This document shows positions 1-10,371 of a stretch of 64,000 nt of DNA, piece by piece. A program made the position numbers and the translations under genes. The stretch lies in assembly GCA_963719315.1 (NCBI GenBank), contig CAVRBU010000002.1:1216001-1280000 (forward strand). Direction: 5' to 3'. The first letter of the stretch is position 1, and each line of letters starts with the position of its first letter. The notes beneath the pieces were generated by a model. The model was not told the origin of the DNA. It was given only the letters and a program-made list of their open reading frames with translations, and made no database searches. The stretch comes from an uncultured Planctomycetota bacterium. GTDB lineage: Bacteria > Planctomycetota > Planctomycetia > Pirellulales > Lacipirellulaceae.

Positions 1-101
1 GGGGCGTGGTCCGCTTGCCCGCCGACGTGAGTCGAGGCGTGCTGGTGGCCGTCGTCCGCGTGGTCGGTTCCTTGCGTCCCTGGAAGGCGCCCCAGTCATG
101 A
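1..101 (+). CDS. tnpA: IS66 accessory protein TnpA, C-terminal part (partial)
   Basis: Frame from nt 3 reads GVVRLPADVSRGVLVAVVRVVGSL...*. Its TGA overlaps the tnpB ATG (ATGA), as is typical of IS66. Confidence 0.7.
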   Translation, partial: GVVRLPADVSRGVLVAVVRVVGSLRPWKAPQS

Positions 102-448
102 TCGAACTTTCCGAGATTCGTGTGTTCTTGTGCACCATACCGACGAAGATGAATTACAGCTTCGATACGCTGATGGGGCTGACCCAACAGATCTTCGACC
201 AAGACCCGCTCTCTGGTCACTTGTTCTTGTTCATCAGTCGCCAGCGTGATCGACTCAAGATCCTATTCTGGGATCACGACGGTCTCGCGATCTTTTACAA
301 GCGATTGGAGGCGGGAACCTTCCAGCTGCCCAGGTCCGCCGCAGGCAAGCAGGGCATCGAACTGGACGAATCCCAGTTGAACCGACTCTTAACGGGACTC
401 GATTTGAGAACGGGGCGTCGGCGAAGGCGGTATCGCCGCGTGGGTTAA
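98..448 (+). CDS. tnpB: IS66 accessory protein TnpB
   Basis: Motifs 'SFDTL', 'DPLSGHLFLF', 'LKILFWDHDG..I.YKRLEAGTF'. Confidence 0.95.
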   Translation: MIELSEIRVFLCTIPTKMNYSFDTLMGLTQQIFDQDPLSGHLFLFISRQRDRLKILFWDHDGLAIFYKRLEAGTFQLPRSAAGKQGIELDESQLNRLLTGLDLRTGRRRRRYRRVG

Positions 449-505
449 ATATTTTTCTAAAGCACTCTTGCGCGATTGGTAGAAGTCGCTACAACAGTGG
501 GCGTA

Positions 506-2263
506 ATGAATGACGCCGCCTTCTTGCCGAACGACCTGGATCAGTGCCAACGTCTGTTGTTGGCCGCTTTTCGAGAAGCTACCGAGCATGAGCGTCGACT
601 CGCCGACGCGGAGCGGAAGGCCCAAGCTGCCGAAGAGCGCGCCACTGAGTCTCAGCGACAAGTGACCGACCTCGGCCGCGTGCTGGATGAAACAGCCGCT
701 TCATTCGAGCAGCTCCGAGAGGAGCACGCGGTGACATTGGAAGAGTTGGCCTGGTATAAGCGATGGGTTCATGGGCGTCGCAGTGAACGGCTCACGGACG
801 GGGAAGGTCAGGGACAGCTGTTCGACTTGGCTCCACCGGCCGCGGAAGCCGCGAATGATCTCGAGCTCACCGAGCCCGTGCCAGCCGCCGCTCCTCGTCG
901 AAGGCGACGGCGACGCGAACTGGATCTCTCGCGTCTGCCGCGTCATCGTCATGAGTCGGAGCTATCGGCCGCCGAAAAGACCTGCGACGGTTGCGGACGC
1001 CACAAGGATCGCATCGGCGAAGACGTGACGACGATTCTGGAACATGTCCCCGCCCGGCTGGAAGTGCATGAGTATGTACGGGGCAAGTATGCTTGCCGCT
1101 ATTGCAAAAACGGCGTGTCCAGCCCACCTCCTCCGCCCCGACCGATTGCTCGCGGCATCGCCGGCCCCGGGCTTGTCGCCGAAATTGTTGTCAGCAAGTT
1201 TAGCGATCACCTGCCGCTGTATCGCTTGGAAGACATTTTTGTCCGGTGCGGCGTTCACTTCCCGCGCAGTACCTTGTGCGATTGGGTGGCCGCTGCGGCC
1301 GACCTGCTCCACCCGCTTTACGACTTACAACGCAGGTTGGTCGTTCAATCTCCCGTGCTGTGGACCGACGACACGCCGGTCACGGTACTGGTGGGCGGCG
1401 AGGAAGGAAGTTGCCAAGGGCGCTTCTGGACCTACATCGGTGACGAATATCCGTACTCGGTCTACGACTTCAGCATGAGTCGACGTTGAGACGGTCCGCA
1501 AAGTTTTTTGCAGACGTTTCGCGGCTATCTCCATGCGGACGCTTATGCGGGCTACGACGCGATCTATCTGGGATCGAACCACCAGATCGTCGAGGTTGCC
1601 TGTTGGGCGCATGCCCGCCGCAAGTTCTTCGACGCCTCGAAGAACTACCCACGCCAGTCCCATCAGGTACTCGAGTGGATTAGGCAGTTGTACGACATCG
1701 AGGGCCGAGCACGGGAACTTTCAGTTGACTCGCGATATGACTTGCGCCGCGTCGAAGCAGAGCCCGTGTTGGACAAGCTGGAAGTTTACTTGGCAGAACT
1801 GGCCGAGACCCTCCTGCCCAAGAGCGCGCTGGCCAAGGCGGTTACTTATGCCCGCAATCAATGGCAGGCCCTGCGGCGTTACACCGCGGACGCCCGCTTG
1901 ACCATGGACAACAACACCGCGGAGCGAACACTTCGCCATCAGGCGATCGGGCGGAAGAACTGGTTATTCTTAGGCAGCGAGTCGGCGGGTCCGCGTGCGG
2001 CCGTGTTGTACACAATTCTGGCCGGCGCCAAACGGCAGCGACTGGAACCGTGGACATACGTCCGCGAGCTCCTCCTCCGCATGCACGCCGACGACAACCG
2101 GCTCGAAGAGATGTTGCCAGACCGCTGGGCCGCTGAGCATCCCGAAGCGGTTCTCGTTCATCGCTTGGAAGAATCCCGCGATAAGGCCGCCAGAAAACGC
2201 GAACAGCGACGTCGCCGACGCGCTCGACTGACGCACAGGTCCCCATCGACACAACCAGAATGA
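506..2263 (+). pseudogene. tnpC: IS66 transposase TnpC with in-frame nonsense codon
   Basis: Coiled coil, CxxC...CxxC zinc finger, 'SKFSDHLPLYR', 'TDDTP', 'HADAYAGY', 'CWAHARRKF', 'DNNTAER'. The ORFs ending at 1489 and 2263 share a frame, split by one TGA at 1487-1489 (SRR*DGP). Confidence 0.9.
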
Positions 2264-3003
2264 CCATGGGCGGGCCGGGCGCTTACGTGAAACTGCGGTG
2301 CTCGGCGGTAGAGAATCGTCAGCGTTCCCATGAGGAGAATTGCCAGGGTCGATGGTTCGGGAACCGGGGCGGCAGAACCCGCACCGCTGCCGAGCGTTTC
2401 GCCGAAATGGGCCCGCCAGTAAAGGAAATCGCTCTCGTCCACGGTGCCGGGCGTGGGATCGTTGGCCAGCGACGTGGCGCCGGCCGTCAGCGCGTCGCGC
2501 CACGCCGTATAGTCGGCCGCGTCGATCACGTTGTTGCCGTTGTAGTCGCCTGGCAGCCCGGCGGCGACGGTGAAGTCGAGCGTCGATGACGAATCAACAA
2601 GCGCTGAACTGGCAGTCTCCTCGATCACATAACTACCGGGAAAAAACAAATATTTGAATGCGAAATCAGCTGTGAAAAAGTTGCTGCCGTTTGTAAATGT
2701 TCCGCTGGAACGGAACCACTGCGTGGCCATCGACCCGTCCCACATGAATCCCTGTGTTGGTTGGGTTTCGGTGTACTCGCCACCGCTCAGCGATCCGATC
2801 GGCATGCCGTTCGCTGTTTGGTCGACAGAAAAGTCGAGGATATCATACGTGCCTGGCAACGCCACACCGCCTACGAGATTGCCGTCCGTGACGAATTGTC
2901 CGGCTTCATTGTTCCAGGACCAAACCCAGATCGTGTCCGCACGGACATTCGAAGAGAACGATACGAGCGTAACCACCGCAATCATTTGTTTAATGTGCTT
3001 CAT
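2158..3003 (-). CDS. PEP-CTERM surface protein with dockerin-like tail; 3' end interrupted by IS66
   Basis: Signal peptide MKHIKQMIAVVTLVSF, 'GDYNGNNVIDAADYTAWRD', 'WRAHFG', 'VPEPSTLAILLMG..LYRR'. The frame runs into the IS66 end at 2286. Confidence 0.85.
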   Translation of the reverse strand: MKHIKQMIAVVTLVSFSSNVRADTIWVWSWNNEAGQFVTDGNLVGGVALPGTYDILDFSVDQTANGMPIGSLSGGEYTETQPTQGFMWDGSMATQWFRSSGTFTNGSNFFTADFAFKYLFFPGSYVIEETASSALVDSSSTLDFTVAAGLPGDYNGNNVIDAADYTAWRDALTAGATSLANDPTPGTVDESDFLYWRAHFGETLGSGAGSAAPVPEPSTLAILLMGTLTILYRRAPQFHVSARPAHGHSGCVDGDLCVSRARRRRRCSRFLAALSRDSSKR

Positions 3004-3177
3004 TTCTGGCCCAACCTCGATAGGTTTGCATCGTGACAGTGGCAGAATCGTGGAGTGTGGCAACCTGACAGGCCGAAGTCAAACAGAAAATACTGAGAAA
3101 CTGCCGGTCAAATCCCGGTTCGTTCCGAAGGTAAGCGGCCGGGTCGAGCCGCCACCGGAACTTCCGTGTCCGAAGAT

Positions 3178-3437
3178 TCGTTCCTTTGCCGACGCGTTTC
3201 AGCGCCCAAAACGGCACCACGTCTCAATCTGAGATAACGTATGAGTTCCCGGCACGGAAAATCTGTGCCACCAGCGGTCGCGCCAACGACTTTTGGAACG
3301 CCTGGCGTCGAGGGCGATCCGGGTCGCCGGCGCCGAGCGGGCGCCACGCTGCCCACCGCTTCTAACGCTTACGTTTCTAAATCGGTCCGTTCTTGGCGTG
3401 TCTCACGGTTTGGCCCATGCGACGAGTTGTTGACGCT
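3178..3437 (-). repeat. Island repeat family (res-like), full copy
   Basis: On the minus strand: AACTCGTC..GAGACACGCCAAGAACGGACCGATTTAGAAACG ... GGCACAGATTTTCCGTGCCGGGAACTCATACGTTATCTCAG ... CGGCAAAGGAACG. Confidence 0.85.
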
Positions 3438-3759
3438 TTTCCGCATGCTACGTCGCCGAGAAATCTGCCTGACGCGCTTCGGCATCCTATTCCCACGCCA
3501 GTCGAATGCTGATCTGATATCCTGCTGCCCGCCGTGTGAAAAACGCCTGATCGACAAATGACACGCCCACCTTACGCAGCTCGACGCTGCGGCGCTGCCG
3601 ATAGTCGAGGTCGCCATTTGAGTGAGCAAAGCGATCGAGAGGCGCCGGGAATAAACGATTGAGGCGCCGTCGCGAAATGCAGTGAAGATTGCTAAACCTT
3701 GGGCTGGTGACCGCTGCGCGAGTGCGATAGCCCACGAGTACCATCAAGCTCTGGATTTG

Positions 3760-4067
3760 GTAAGCGTTCGCCGAACCCATACTTGACGGCTCCGTTACCT
3801 GCGTGAACTCTTCTTGCGATTGCATGCCGACGATTCACGTCTCGATGAAATGTTGCCCGATCGCTGGGCCGCTGATCATCCCGAATCGATTCTTACCTAT
3901 CGCCTGGAAGAATCACGCCAGAAGGCGGCCAGACAGCGCGAGCGACGCCAACGTCGACGTGCACTGCGACGGGCAACGTAGCGTTCACCGCAGCCTCATT
4001 CATCTTGCAGCGCCACCGCCCAGCGTTCTGCAATTTAAGAAACAGTATGCCTCGGCCGGACGCTTAC
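3760..4067 (+). mobile_element. Miniature / internally deleted IS66 derivative (about 308 bp)
   Basis: Starts GTAAGCGTTCGCCGAACCCA and ends TGCCTCGGCCGGACGCTTAC. The interior encodes only a TnpC C-terminus (LRELFLRLHADDSRLDEMLPDRWAADHP...) paralogous to about 2050-2230. Confidence 0.85.
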
Positions 4068-4153
4068 GCCATGGTTGGGAAAATGGTATCTTGTTTTCCG
4101 CGATGGGTAAACGGGGCAATCTATCCCGATATTTCCCGCGATTTTTCTGGTTC

Positions 4154-4191
4154 GCGAGGATGCGCCATCAAACGGCCGTTTTATGGGACAC
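4154..4191. promoter_or_regulatory. res-like palindromic site upstream of Tn3-family tnpA
   Basis: Imperfect palindrome CCATCAAAC-GGCC-GTTTTATGG (4165-4186), about 20 bp before the tnpA start. Confidence 0.5.
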
Positions 4192-4208
4192 CCATTTGAG
4201 AGGGCAAT

Positions 4209-6865
4209 ATGAACGCGGATTCCCAGCCTAACAACCGCGTGCTCGAACTGGGTAAATTGACGCCAGAGGACCTCCGCCGGATTGGACAGCGCCGTCGGAA
4301 TTACAATCGGCTCGGCTTTGGCTACCAGGTTGCCTTCGTAAGGCTGGAGAATCGCTTTCCAGTTCAGACGCCCTTCGAACTGAATGACGACCTGCTAACC
4401 TTCGTCGCCGTGCAGACCGACATCGCGGCTTGTGAAATTGAGCAATACACCGACCGGCAGCAAACGATTTCGGAGCATCGGGCGCAGATTCGCGAATATC
4501 TGTCACTCACTCTCTTCGAGGACGCTGACTGCGAAAGACTCGAAGCATTTTTATTCGATGAGTGCTGCCGCTTGGAACAGACTGCGATATTGCGACTTAG
4601 GGCCAGAGATTATCTCAGAAATGCAGGAATCCTTGAGCCAGGTCGGTCCATTCTGGACCGAGTGATTGGCGAGCAGCGTCGGCGGGCTCGTGAACATATT
4701 TTCGCTCTTGTCCACGATGCCCTCGATGTTGAGCAGCAGCGAAGGCTGTCTGCCTCTTGGTTCAAACGTATCAGGACACCATCGACTTTGTCGTTGATAT
4801 GCACGACAAGCTGTTGCTGCGCATCTGTTCTCAGGCGGAACGCGAAGTGGACGAATCTCTGGCTTGCAAACGGAAGTTAATTAAACGTTCGGCGGCAATG
4901 CTGCAGAAGTTGGGGACGGTACTTCTCGACGACGCAGTGCCGGACGATAAACTCCGCACAGCAGTGTTTGAGCAAGTGTCCCGAGATGAGCTGGCCGCAC
5001 AGATTTCCGAGTCCATCGAGCTGACCGGTGACAAAGCTGAGCAGGAATTCAAACGGGTGATGCGGCGATTTAGCTATCTGCGTCGCTATACTCCTGCAGT
5101 TTTGGGGCATCTCGCAATCGAATCCCAGGCCAATGAGCATCCATCACCGGTTCTCAATGGGGTTTCCAGTCTAGTGGCTGCGAACGAATCCAACACTCGA
5201 AAATTGCCCCCCAAAACACCCATCGACTTCGTACCTAAGAGGCTACGTGCGATTGTCGGTGAAAATGACTCACTGAATCGGCAGGCGTGGGAATGTTCAC
5301 TCCTCATCGCGCTTCGAGACGAAATCAAGGTCGGCAACTTGGCAGTCGGGGACAGCAAGAGGTTTGGGGATTTCGATCGTTTCTTCACCGAGACCGACAA
5401 GTGGGAGAATCATCGAAGTGGTTTCTTCCGCCAGGCAGGTCTGCCATGCTCTGGGGATGAAGCGGCCGAATACCTTACCGCGAGACTGGATGGAGCGTTT
5501 GACGAGTTTCTGCAAGCCCTGCCGGAGAACGCCTTTGCATCCATCGACGAAGATGGTTGGCGTCTTTCCACCGATGCGGCGGAGAAACTCTCCGCAGGTG
5601 AGGAGCTGCAACTAACCCGTTTGAAAGAGTGGCTCACAAAGAACATGCGGCCAACCCGCTTGCCCGACTTGCTGATTGAAGTCGATAACGAACTACAGTT
5701 CACGCGCCACTTTGCCAGGGACGGGGGAGAAAGGCGCGATGTGGACGAGATACGGACAATCTTGGCAACCGTGCTCGCTCATGGTTGCAACATCAGCCCC
5801 TATACCATGGCAAGGCTGACGGACGGCGTTTCGTACTCACAGATTAAACGAGTGACCGATTGGCAGTTTTCCGAAGACAATCAACGGTCGGCGCTGGCCG
5901 ATGTCGTTCGAGCAATCAGCTCGCTAGGCGCCTCACTGACGTGGGGTGAAGGCAAGGCATCCAGCAGCGATGGCCAACGATTCCTGTTTCCACGGAAGGT
6001 CCTGCAGCGGACGTTCAGCCATCGGATGAGTGACTACGCCCTGGAATTCTATTCGTTTGTCGCAGACAACTATGCCCCGTTCTACAGCACGCCAATCGAA
6101 TGTTCCGACCGGGACGCGGCGTATGTGCTCGATGGCCTGCTTTACAACGAGAGCGACCTCGACCTGGAAGAGCACTACACAGACACGCACGGCTACACCG
6201 AAATCAACTTTGCGGCGTTCGCCATGCTCGGCAAACGATTCTGTCCACGCATACGCGGCATTCAACATCAACGGATTTATCGCATCAACAAAGACAGAGA
6301 TTACGGTTGCCTAGAGCCCCTCGTAAACCGTTCCGATCGAACCATTGCTCTGAAGCTCATTTCGGACCACTGGGACCGGATGGGACACTTTTACGCATCG
6401 CTGGAGAGCGGACACGCCACTGCGTCTGTCGCATTGAAGCGATTAGCTGGGTACAGCCGCAAAAATCTGTTTTACCGAGCCAATCGAGAACTTGGCCGGG
6501 TGTTCAAGACCGAGTTCATCCTGCATTACATGTCTCAGTCGCCGCTTCGACGCAGAATCCGTCGTGGCCTTCTGAAAGGAGAACAGCTTCATACGCTTGC
6601 GAGGGATGTTTGCTACGGAAAACGTGGGAGAATCACTGCTCGCGACTTGCACGAGCAGATGAACACGTGCAGTTGCCTGACGCTGATATTGGCATCCATC
6701 ATTTTCTGGCAAGCCCGAGAAATCGAGCGCGTCTTCTCCGAATGTGACCCTTTGGGGTCTGGTATCGAAGTGTCGCTCCTTGAGCACGTCAGCCCCATCG
6801 AGTGGGAAAACGTGCTGCTCTACGGGGAATATATCATCGACCGTGACCGAATCCAGGTGGCTTAG
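4209..6865 (+). pseudogene. tnpA: Tn3-family transposase TnpA, frameshifted and probably internally deleted
   Basis: N-terminal DUF4158-like region (NRLGFGYQ, Y..R.QT..EH..QIREYL) and C-terminal DDE_Tn3 motifs (SSSDGQRF, HYTDTHG, ELGRVFKT, GLLKGE, HVSPIEWENV). Frame change near 4745. Confidence 0.9.
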
Positions 6866-6898
6866 CGTGTATCACGACAGCAATCTGCTTAGTACCCT
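6861..6898. repeat. Tn3-family 38-bp terminal inverted repeat (right end)
   Basis: CTTAGCGTGT...TAGTACCCT is exactly 38 bp and overlaps the tnpA stop (canonical CTTAG/CTAAG...ACCCC; last base differs). Confidence 0.8.
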
Positions 6899-7079
6899 TG
6901 GGTCGAGTGTTTCGTTGCCCAAGACGCATCCCTTTTCTGCCTCCGTCGATGGCGAAAATGCTTGAATCCTAGGAGCGGGCCCTCTATACTCATGGCCAGG
7001 TTCCGCGACCACCATCTCGGCAGAAAGTTTCGGACTTTCACGCGGGTGCCGCGACGGGTTTACGGGGGTCGAACGAGAG

Positions 7080-8768
7080 ATGCATCGTAATCGGCTTCGA
7101 TGCGCCGGCGCGATAGTGCTGGCGACCATGGGATGGATGTATGCGGGCGCCGCTGCATCGTCCTTGCAATACAACTCCCTCGCGCTGAGCGGCGCCGTCG
7201 GCACGAGTTTGGGCTTGGGCCCCAACCTCGGCCCTGGCGTGAACTTCAGCGGCTTCGGCCCTCCCGTGCTCAACGCCGCCGGCGAAGTGGCGTTCGATGG
7301 CATTCTCTCCGGCGCAGGAGTGGACTCCTCGAACAACTCCGGAGTCTTCAGCAACGCCGGCGGGTCACTGGCAGTGGTGGCGAGAACGGGCGCTGCCGGC
7401 CCGGGGCCCAACCTCGGCCCAGGCGTTAACTTCAGCCGCTTCGGTGTTCCCGTGCTCAACGCCGTCGGAGAGGTGGCGTTCTTCGGCATGCTCACGGGCC
7501 TCGGGGCCGATGGCACCTTCGACTCGGGCATGTTCAACAATGCCGGCGGGACATTGACCACATTGGCGCACGAGTCTGCTAACGGGCCAGGTCCCAATCT
7601 CGGCGCGGACGTTTATTTCAGCACCTTCAGCGAGATACCCGTGTTCGACTCCTCCGGCAAAATGGCGTTTACCAGTAAGCTCACGGGCAGCCCGGTCGAC
7701 ACTCCGAATGACGAGGGCATCTTCAGCAACGTCGGCGGGACAGTGGCCGTTGTGGCGCGCGAGGGCGCCGGCGGGCCGGGCCCCAACCTCGGCCCCAACG
7801 CGACTTTCCACGACACGAGTGGCAACACATTCGATCCGCCCGTGCTCAACGCCGTCGGCACAATGGCGTTCAAAGCGAGAGTCACAGAGTTTGGCGGTTC
7901 GACCTCCGGCGTCTTTGTCCACGCCAACGGGACCACAACGCCGATCGCTCGGACGAACAATGGCGGGCCCGGGCCCAACCTCGGCGCGAACGTCATCTTT
8001 GGCCAACTCGGCGATCCAGTGATCAACGCCGCCGACAATGTGGCGTTCAGCTGCAATCTCTTTGGCGGCGAGGTGACCAGCGCGGATGATGCTGCCATCT
8101 TTAGTAACACCGGCGGGTCGCTCGCTGTCGTGGCCCGCGAAGGTCCAGCCGGGCCGGGCCCAAACCTTGCGGCGGGTGTGAACTTCAGCACGTTTAACGC
8201 TCCCGTGATTAACGCTGCCGGAGAGGTGGCGTTCATGGCCTCCCTCGCCGGTAGCGGCGTGGACTCGACGAACGACGAGGGCATCTTCACCAATGTCGGC
8301 GGGACTCTGGCGGCGGTGGCGCGGACGGGCATTGGCGGGCCAGGACCCAACGTCGGCGACGGCGTGGTCTTCAGCAACTTCCTCCTTAGCGTCCCCGTTT
8401 TCCACGCCGCTGGCCAAGTGGCCTTCGTCGGCGTCATCACTGGCAACGGGGTGACCGCCGCGAACGACCAAGGCATTTGGACGAACATCGGCGGTACGTT
8501 GACGAAAATTGTACGTGAAGGCGATCTATTCAACGTCGACCCTGGCCCAGGTGTGGACCTGCGCACGATCTCAAACCTGCTTCTCTTCGGCAACTCAGGC
8601 GGGGAGGATGGGCGGCCTTGGAGTTTCAACGACTCCGGAGTGTTGACGTTTGCGCTGAGTTTCACCGACGGCTCTGCTGGCGTCTTCACCGCACTGGTCC
8701 CCGAGCCGGTGTCGGCTGAGCTGCTGGCGCTGGGCGGGCTGGCGCTACTCGGGCGGCGGAAGCGATGA
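7080..8768 (+). CDS. PEP-CTERM protein with tandem NxxGxVAF (choice-of-anchor type) repeats
   Basis: Signal peptide. About 8 repeats of 'GPGPNLG..F..F..PVLNAAGEVAF...GIFSN.GG.LAVVAR'. C-terminal 'VPEP...LLALGGLALLGRRKR'. Confidence 0.9.
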   Translation: MHRNRLRCAGAIVLATMGWMYAGAAASSLQYNSLALSGAVGTSLGLGPNLGPGVNFSGFGPPVLNAAGEVAFDGILSGAGVDSSNNSGVFSNAGGSLAVVARTGAAGPGPNLGPGVNFSRFGVPVLNAVGEVAFFGMLTGLGADGTFDSGMFNNAGGTLTTLAHESANGPGPNLGADVYFSTFSEIPVFDSSGKMAFTSKLTGSPVDTPNDEGIFSNVGGTVAVVAREGAGGPGPNLGPNATFHDTSGNTFDPPVLNAVGTMAFKARVTEFGGSTSGVFVHANGTTTPIARTNNGGPGPNLGANVIFGQLGDPVINAADNVAFSCNLFGGEVTSADDAAIFSNTGGSLAVVAREGPAGPGPNLAAGVNFSTFNAPVINAAGEVAFMASLAGSGVDSTNDEGIFTNVGGTLAAVARTGIGGPGPNVGDGVVFSNFLLSVPVFHAAGQVAFVGVITGNGVTAANDQGIWTNIGGTLTKIVREGDLFNVDPGPGVDLRTISNLLLFGNSGGEDGRPWSFNDSGVLTFALSFTDGSAGVFTALVPEPVSAELLALGGLALLGRRKR

Positions 8769-9108
8769 CCCGCGTCGCTGAAATCCAAAGGTAGTCTCCG
8801 TTCGCCCTCTGGAGGTTCTTCTCCTAGGCGAGTCCCATCAACTTTTGGGGCGTGATCATGCTGAGAATCCACCAATATATGGAAACTGAAGTGGAGATCG
8901 GTCACCCATTTCGCAAACTGCGACAGGTTGTCGCTGAGACCGATAAGGTCTCGATATGGGCTGCGATGGCAAGTTGGATTCCCAATGAATTGGCGTGTCG
9001 AATTCAAATTTGATTGACGACGTAGGAAGGATTGCTAGATTGACGGGGAGCGGAACGATCAATCTCGGAAAGGGTCAAGAACTCACAAGGAAAAGCTAAT
9101 AAATCAAG

Positions 9109-9176
9109 AAGCGTTAGGAACTTCCCGTGCGGACCATTTGGTCCGAGCGACCCGAGAGATTCCTAACGCTTTTTTC
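9109..9176 (+). terminator. Leader hairpin plus U-run upstream of a PEP-CTERM gene (candidate attenuator)
   Basis: Perfect 12-bp stem AAGCGTTAGGAA (9109-9120)/TTCCTAACGCTT (9160-9171), inner hairpin CGGACCATTTGGTCCG, ending in a T6 run. Confidence 0.6.
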
Positions 9177-9315
9177 ATTTGGCTGTCAGACTCCGGCCAC
9201 CAATAGGATGCGGGCGAGCAACGTCGTGATGCCTGGCGTCGATTCATGAAATCTGCAACTGGTGCGTTTTTGTGTTGGAGCATTCCTTTCTTACCACGGA
9301 CAAGGAGTAGAACCA

Positions 9316-10182
9316 ATGTTCAAACAGATCTCGACAACGACCTTCTTTACGGCCCTAGCGGTCACTATCGCAGCACTCGCTGGCAGCCGGGAAAGCACTG
9401 CCGCTTCGGTGAAATTCACCGCTGAAGTTCCCAACGGGGTGACGCAGTTCCAAGACATCGTTCAGTTTAGCGTCGTCAACCATGACAATAGCTTTACGAG
9501 TGATCAGCTGGAAATCGGTGCCGGTGCTACTGGTAGTGGAATCGCTAGTACTATGAGGACCGAATTAGAAAACTTCTCCAACTTTGATGGGACTGTAGCC
9601 GGCAACATGCTTACAGTGCAAAATGCGTCCACGGGAGCCTACATGGCTAACGCAGAGATCGGGATGTCGATGGAAGTCAGCCCGATGGGGGACGGGTGCG
9701 TCGGTTGTCATCTGCCAGACTTACCGTATGTTGGGCATCTTCCAGGTCACAAAGTTCCGTCGTTGATCGTGTTTCTGGGCGGCTCAGACGGTCAGCCCGC
9801 CCCAGTGCACACAGACGGCGTGGTCATCCTTAGCATGTCGCTGCCTGGCATCGTTGCGGGGACGTTTGAGTTTAGCGCTTCGTTCGCACCGGGCATGACT
9901 ACAACTGACATCATCGGGCAGCTCGACGTGGCGCTCCGCAACACGGCCTGGCCGACCGGCGTCGAATATTTTGGATTGGAAAATGGTTTGCCGACGCTCG
10001 AAATCGGAGGAGATGCAGATCTTAGGGTAAGAGTCGGCGCAACACCTACGATCAGCAATTCCGACCCCGGTTTCCTGGTTGGCGCCGCCGCCGTTGGCGC
10101 CGTGCCCGAGCCCGCGACTCTGTGGATGCTCCTTGGCGGTATCCTGACGGTTTGCTTTCGCCGACGCTCAAAGGTGTCGTAA
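9316..10182 (+). CDS. PEP-CTERM protein containing one CxxCH motif
   Basis: AAGGAG RBS at 9302, signal peptide MFKQISTTTFFTALAV, 'CVGCH', C-terminal 'VPEPATLWMLLGGILTVCFRRR'. Confidence 0.85.
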   Translation: MFKQISTTTFFTALAVTIAALAGSRESTAASVKFTAEVPNGVTQFQDIVQFSVVNHDNSFTSDQLEIGAGATGSGIASTMRTELENFSNFDGTVAGNMLTVQNASTGAYMANAEIGMSMEVSPMGDGCVGCHLPDLPYVGHLPGHKVPSLIVFLGGSDGQPAPVHTDGVVILSMSLPGIVAGTFEFSASFAPGMTTTDIIGQLDVALRNTAWPTGVEYFGLENGLPTLEIGGDADLRVRVGATPTISNSDPGFLVGAAAVGAVPEPATLWMLLGGILTVCFRRRSKVS

Positions 10183-10371
10183 ACTCATTGCCGCGTGGGA
10201 CATCCCAACAAGCGACCTATTTAGAAACGGCTGGCCGGCGTCGATGGGCGTCTCTAAACCCGTCGATGCGGAGCTATCTGGCACAGATTTTCTGTGTTGG
10301 AAAGTCGTACGTTATCTCAGACTGAGACGCGGAGCAGTTTTGGGGCCCTGAAACGTCGCGTCAAAGGAACG
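10174..10371 (+). repeat. Island repeat family, full copy overlapping the PEP-CTERM stop
   Basis: TAAACTCAT..GCGTGGGAC..GACCTATTTAGAAACGG..TAAACCCGTCGATGCGG..GGCACAGATTTT..TACGTTATCTCAG..CCCTGAAA..CAAAGGAACG. Confidence 0.9.

Larger units (their letters stand above)
1..2286 (+). mobile_element. IS66-family insertion sequence (tnpA-tnpB-tnpC), left end outside window
   Basis: Three-gene IS66 layout. Right terminal IR ends ...GGGCCGGGCGCTTAC at 2286 (reverse complement GTAAGCG..., the IS66 terminus). Confidence 0.92.

Noticed and set aside
1487..1489. TGA in tnpC as programmed readthrough or selenocysteine
   Set aside because: The context fits a CGA(Arg)->TGA transition. It is not a Cys position and no SECIS-like hairpin was recognised.
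3108..3561. Recurrent short ORFs 'MSSRHGKSVP' / 'TDFPCRELIRYLRL' (also at 13582, 27996, 29387, 35483) as a protein family
   Set aside because: They are translations of the dispersed DNA repeat. Starts, stops and lengths are inconsistent between copies.
7365..9007. Long antisense ORFs (7613-9007, 7365-8471), and similarly 30559-31980 and 34000-35091
   Set aside because: Shadow frames of GC-rich genes that have clear motifs on the opposite strand.
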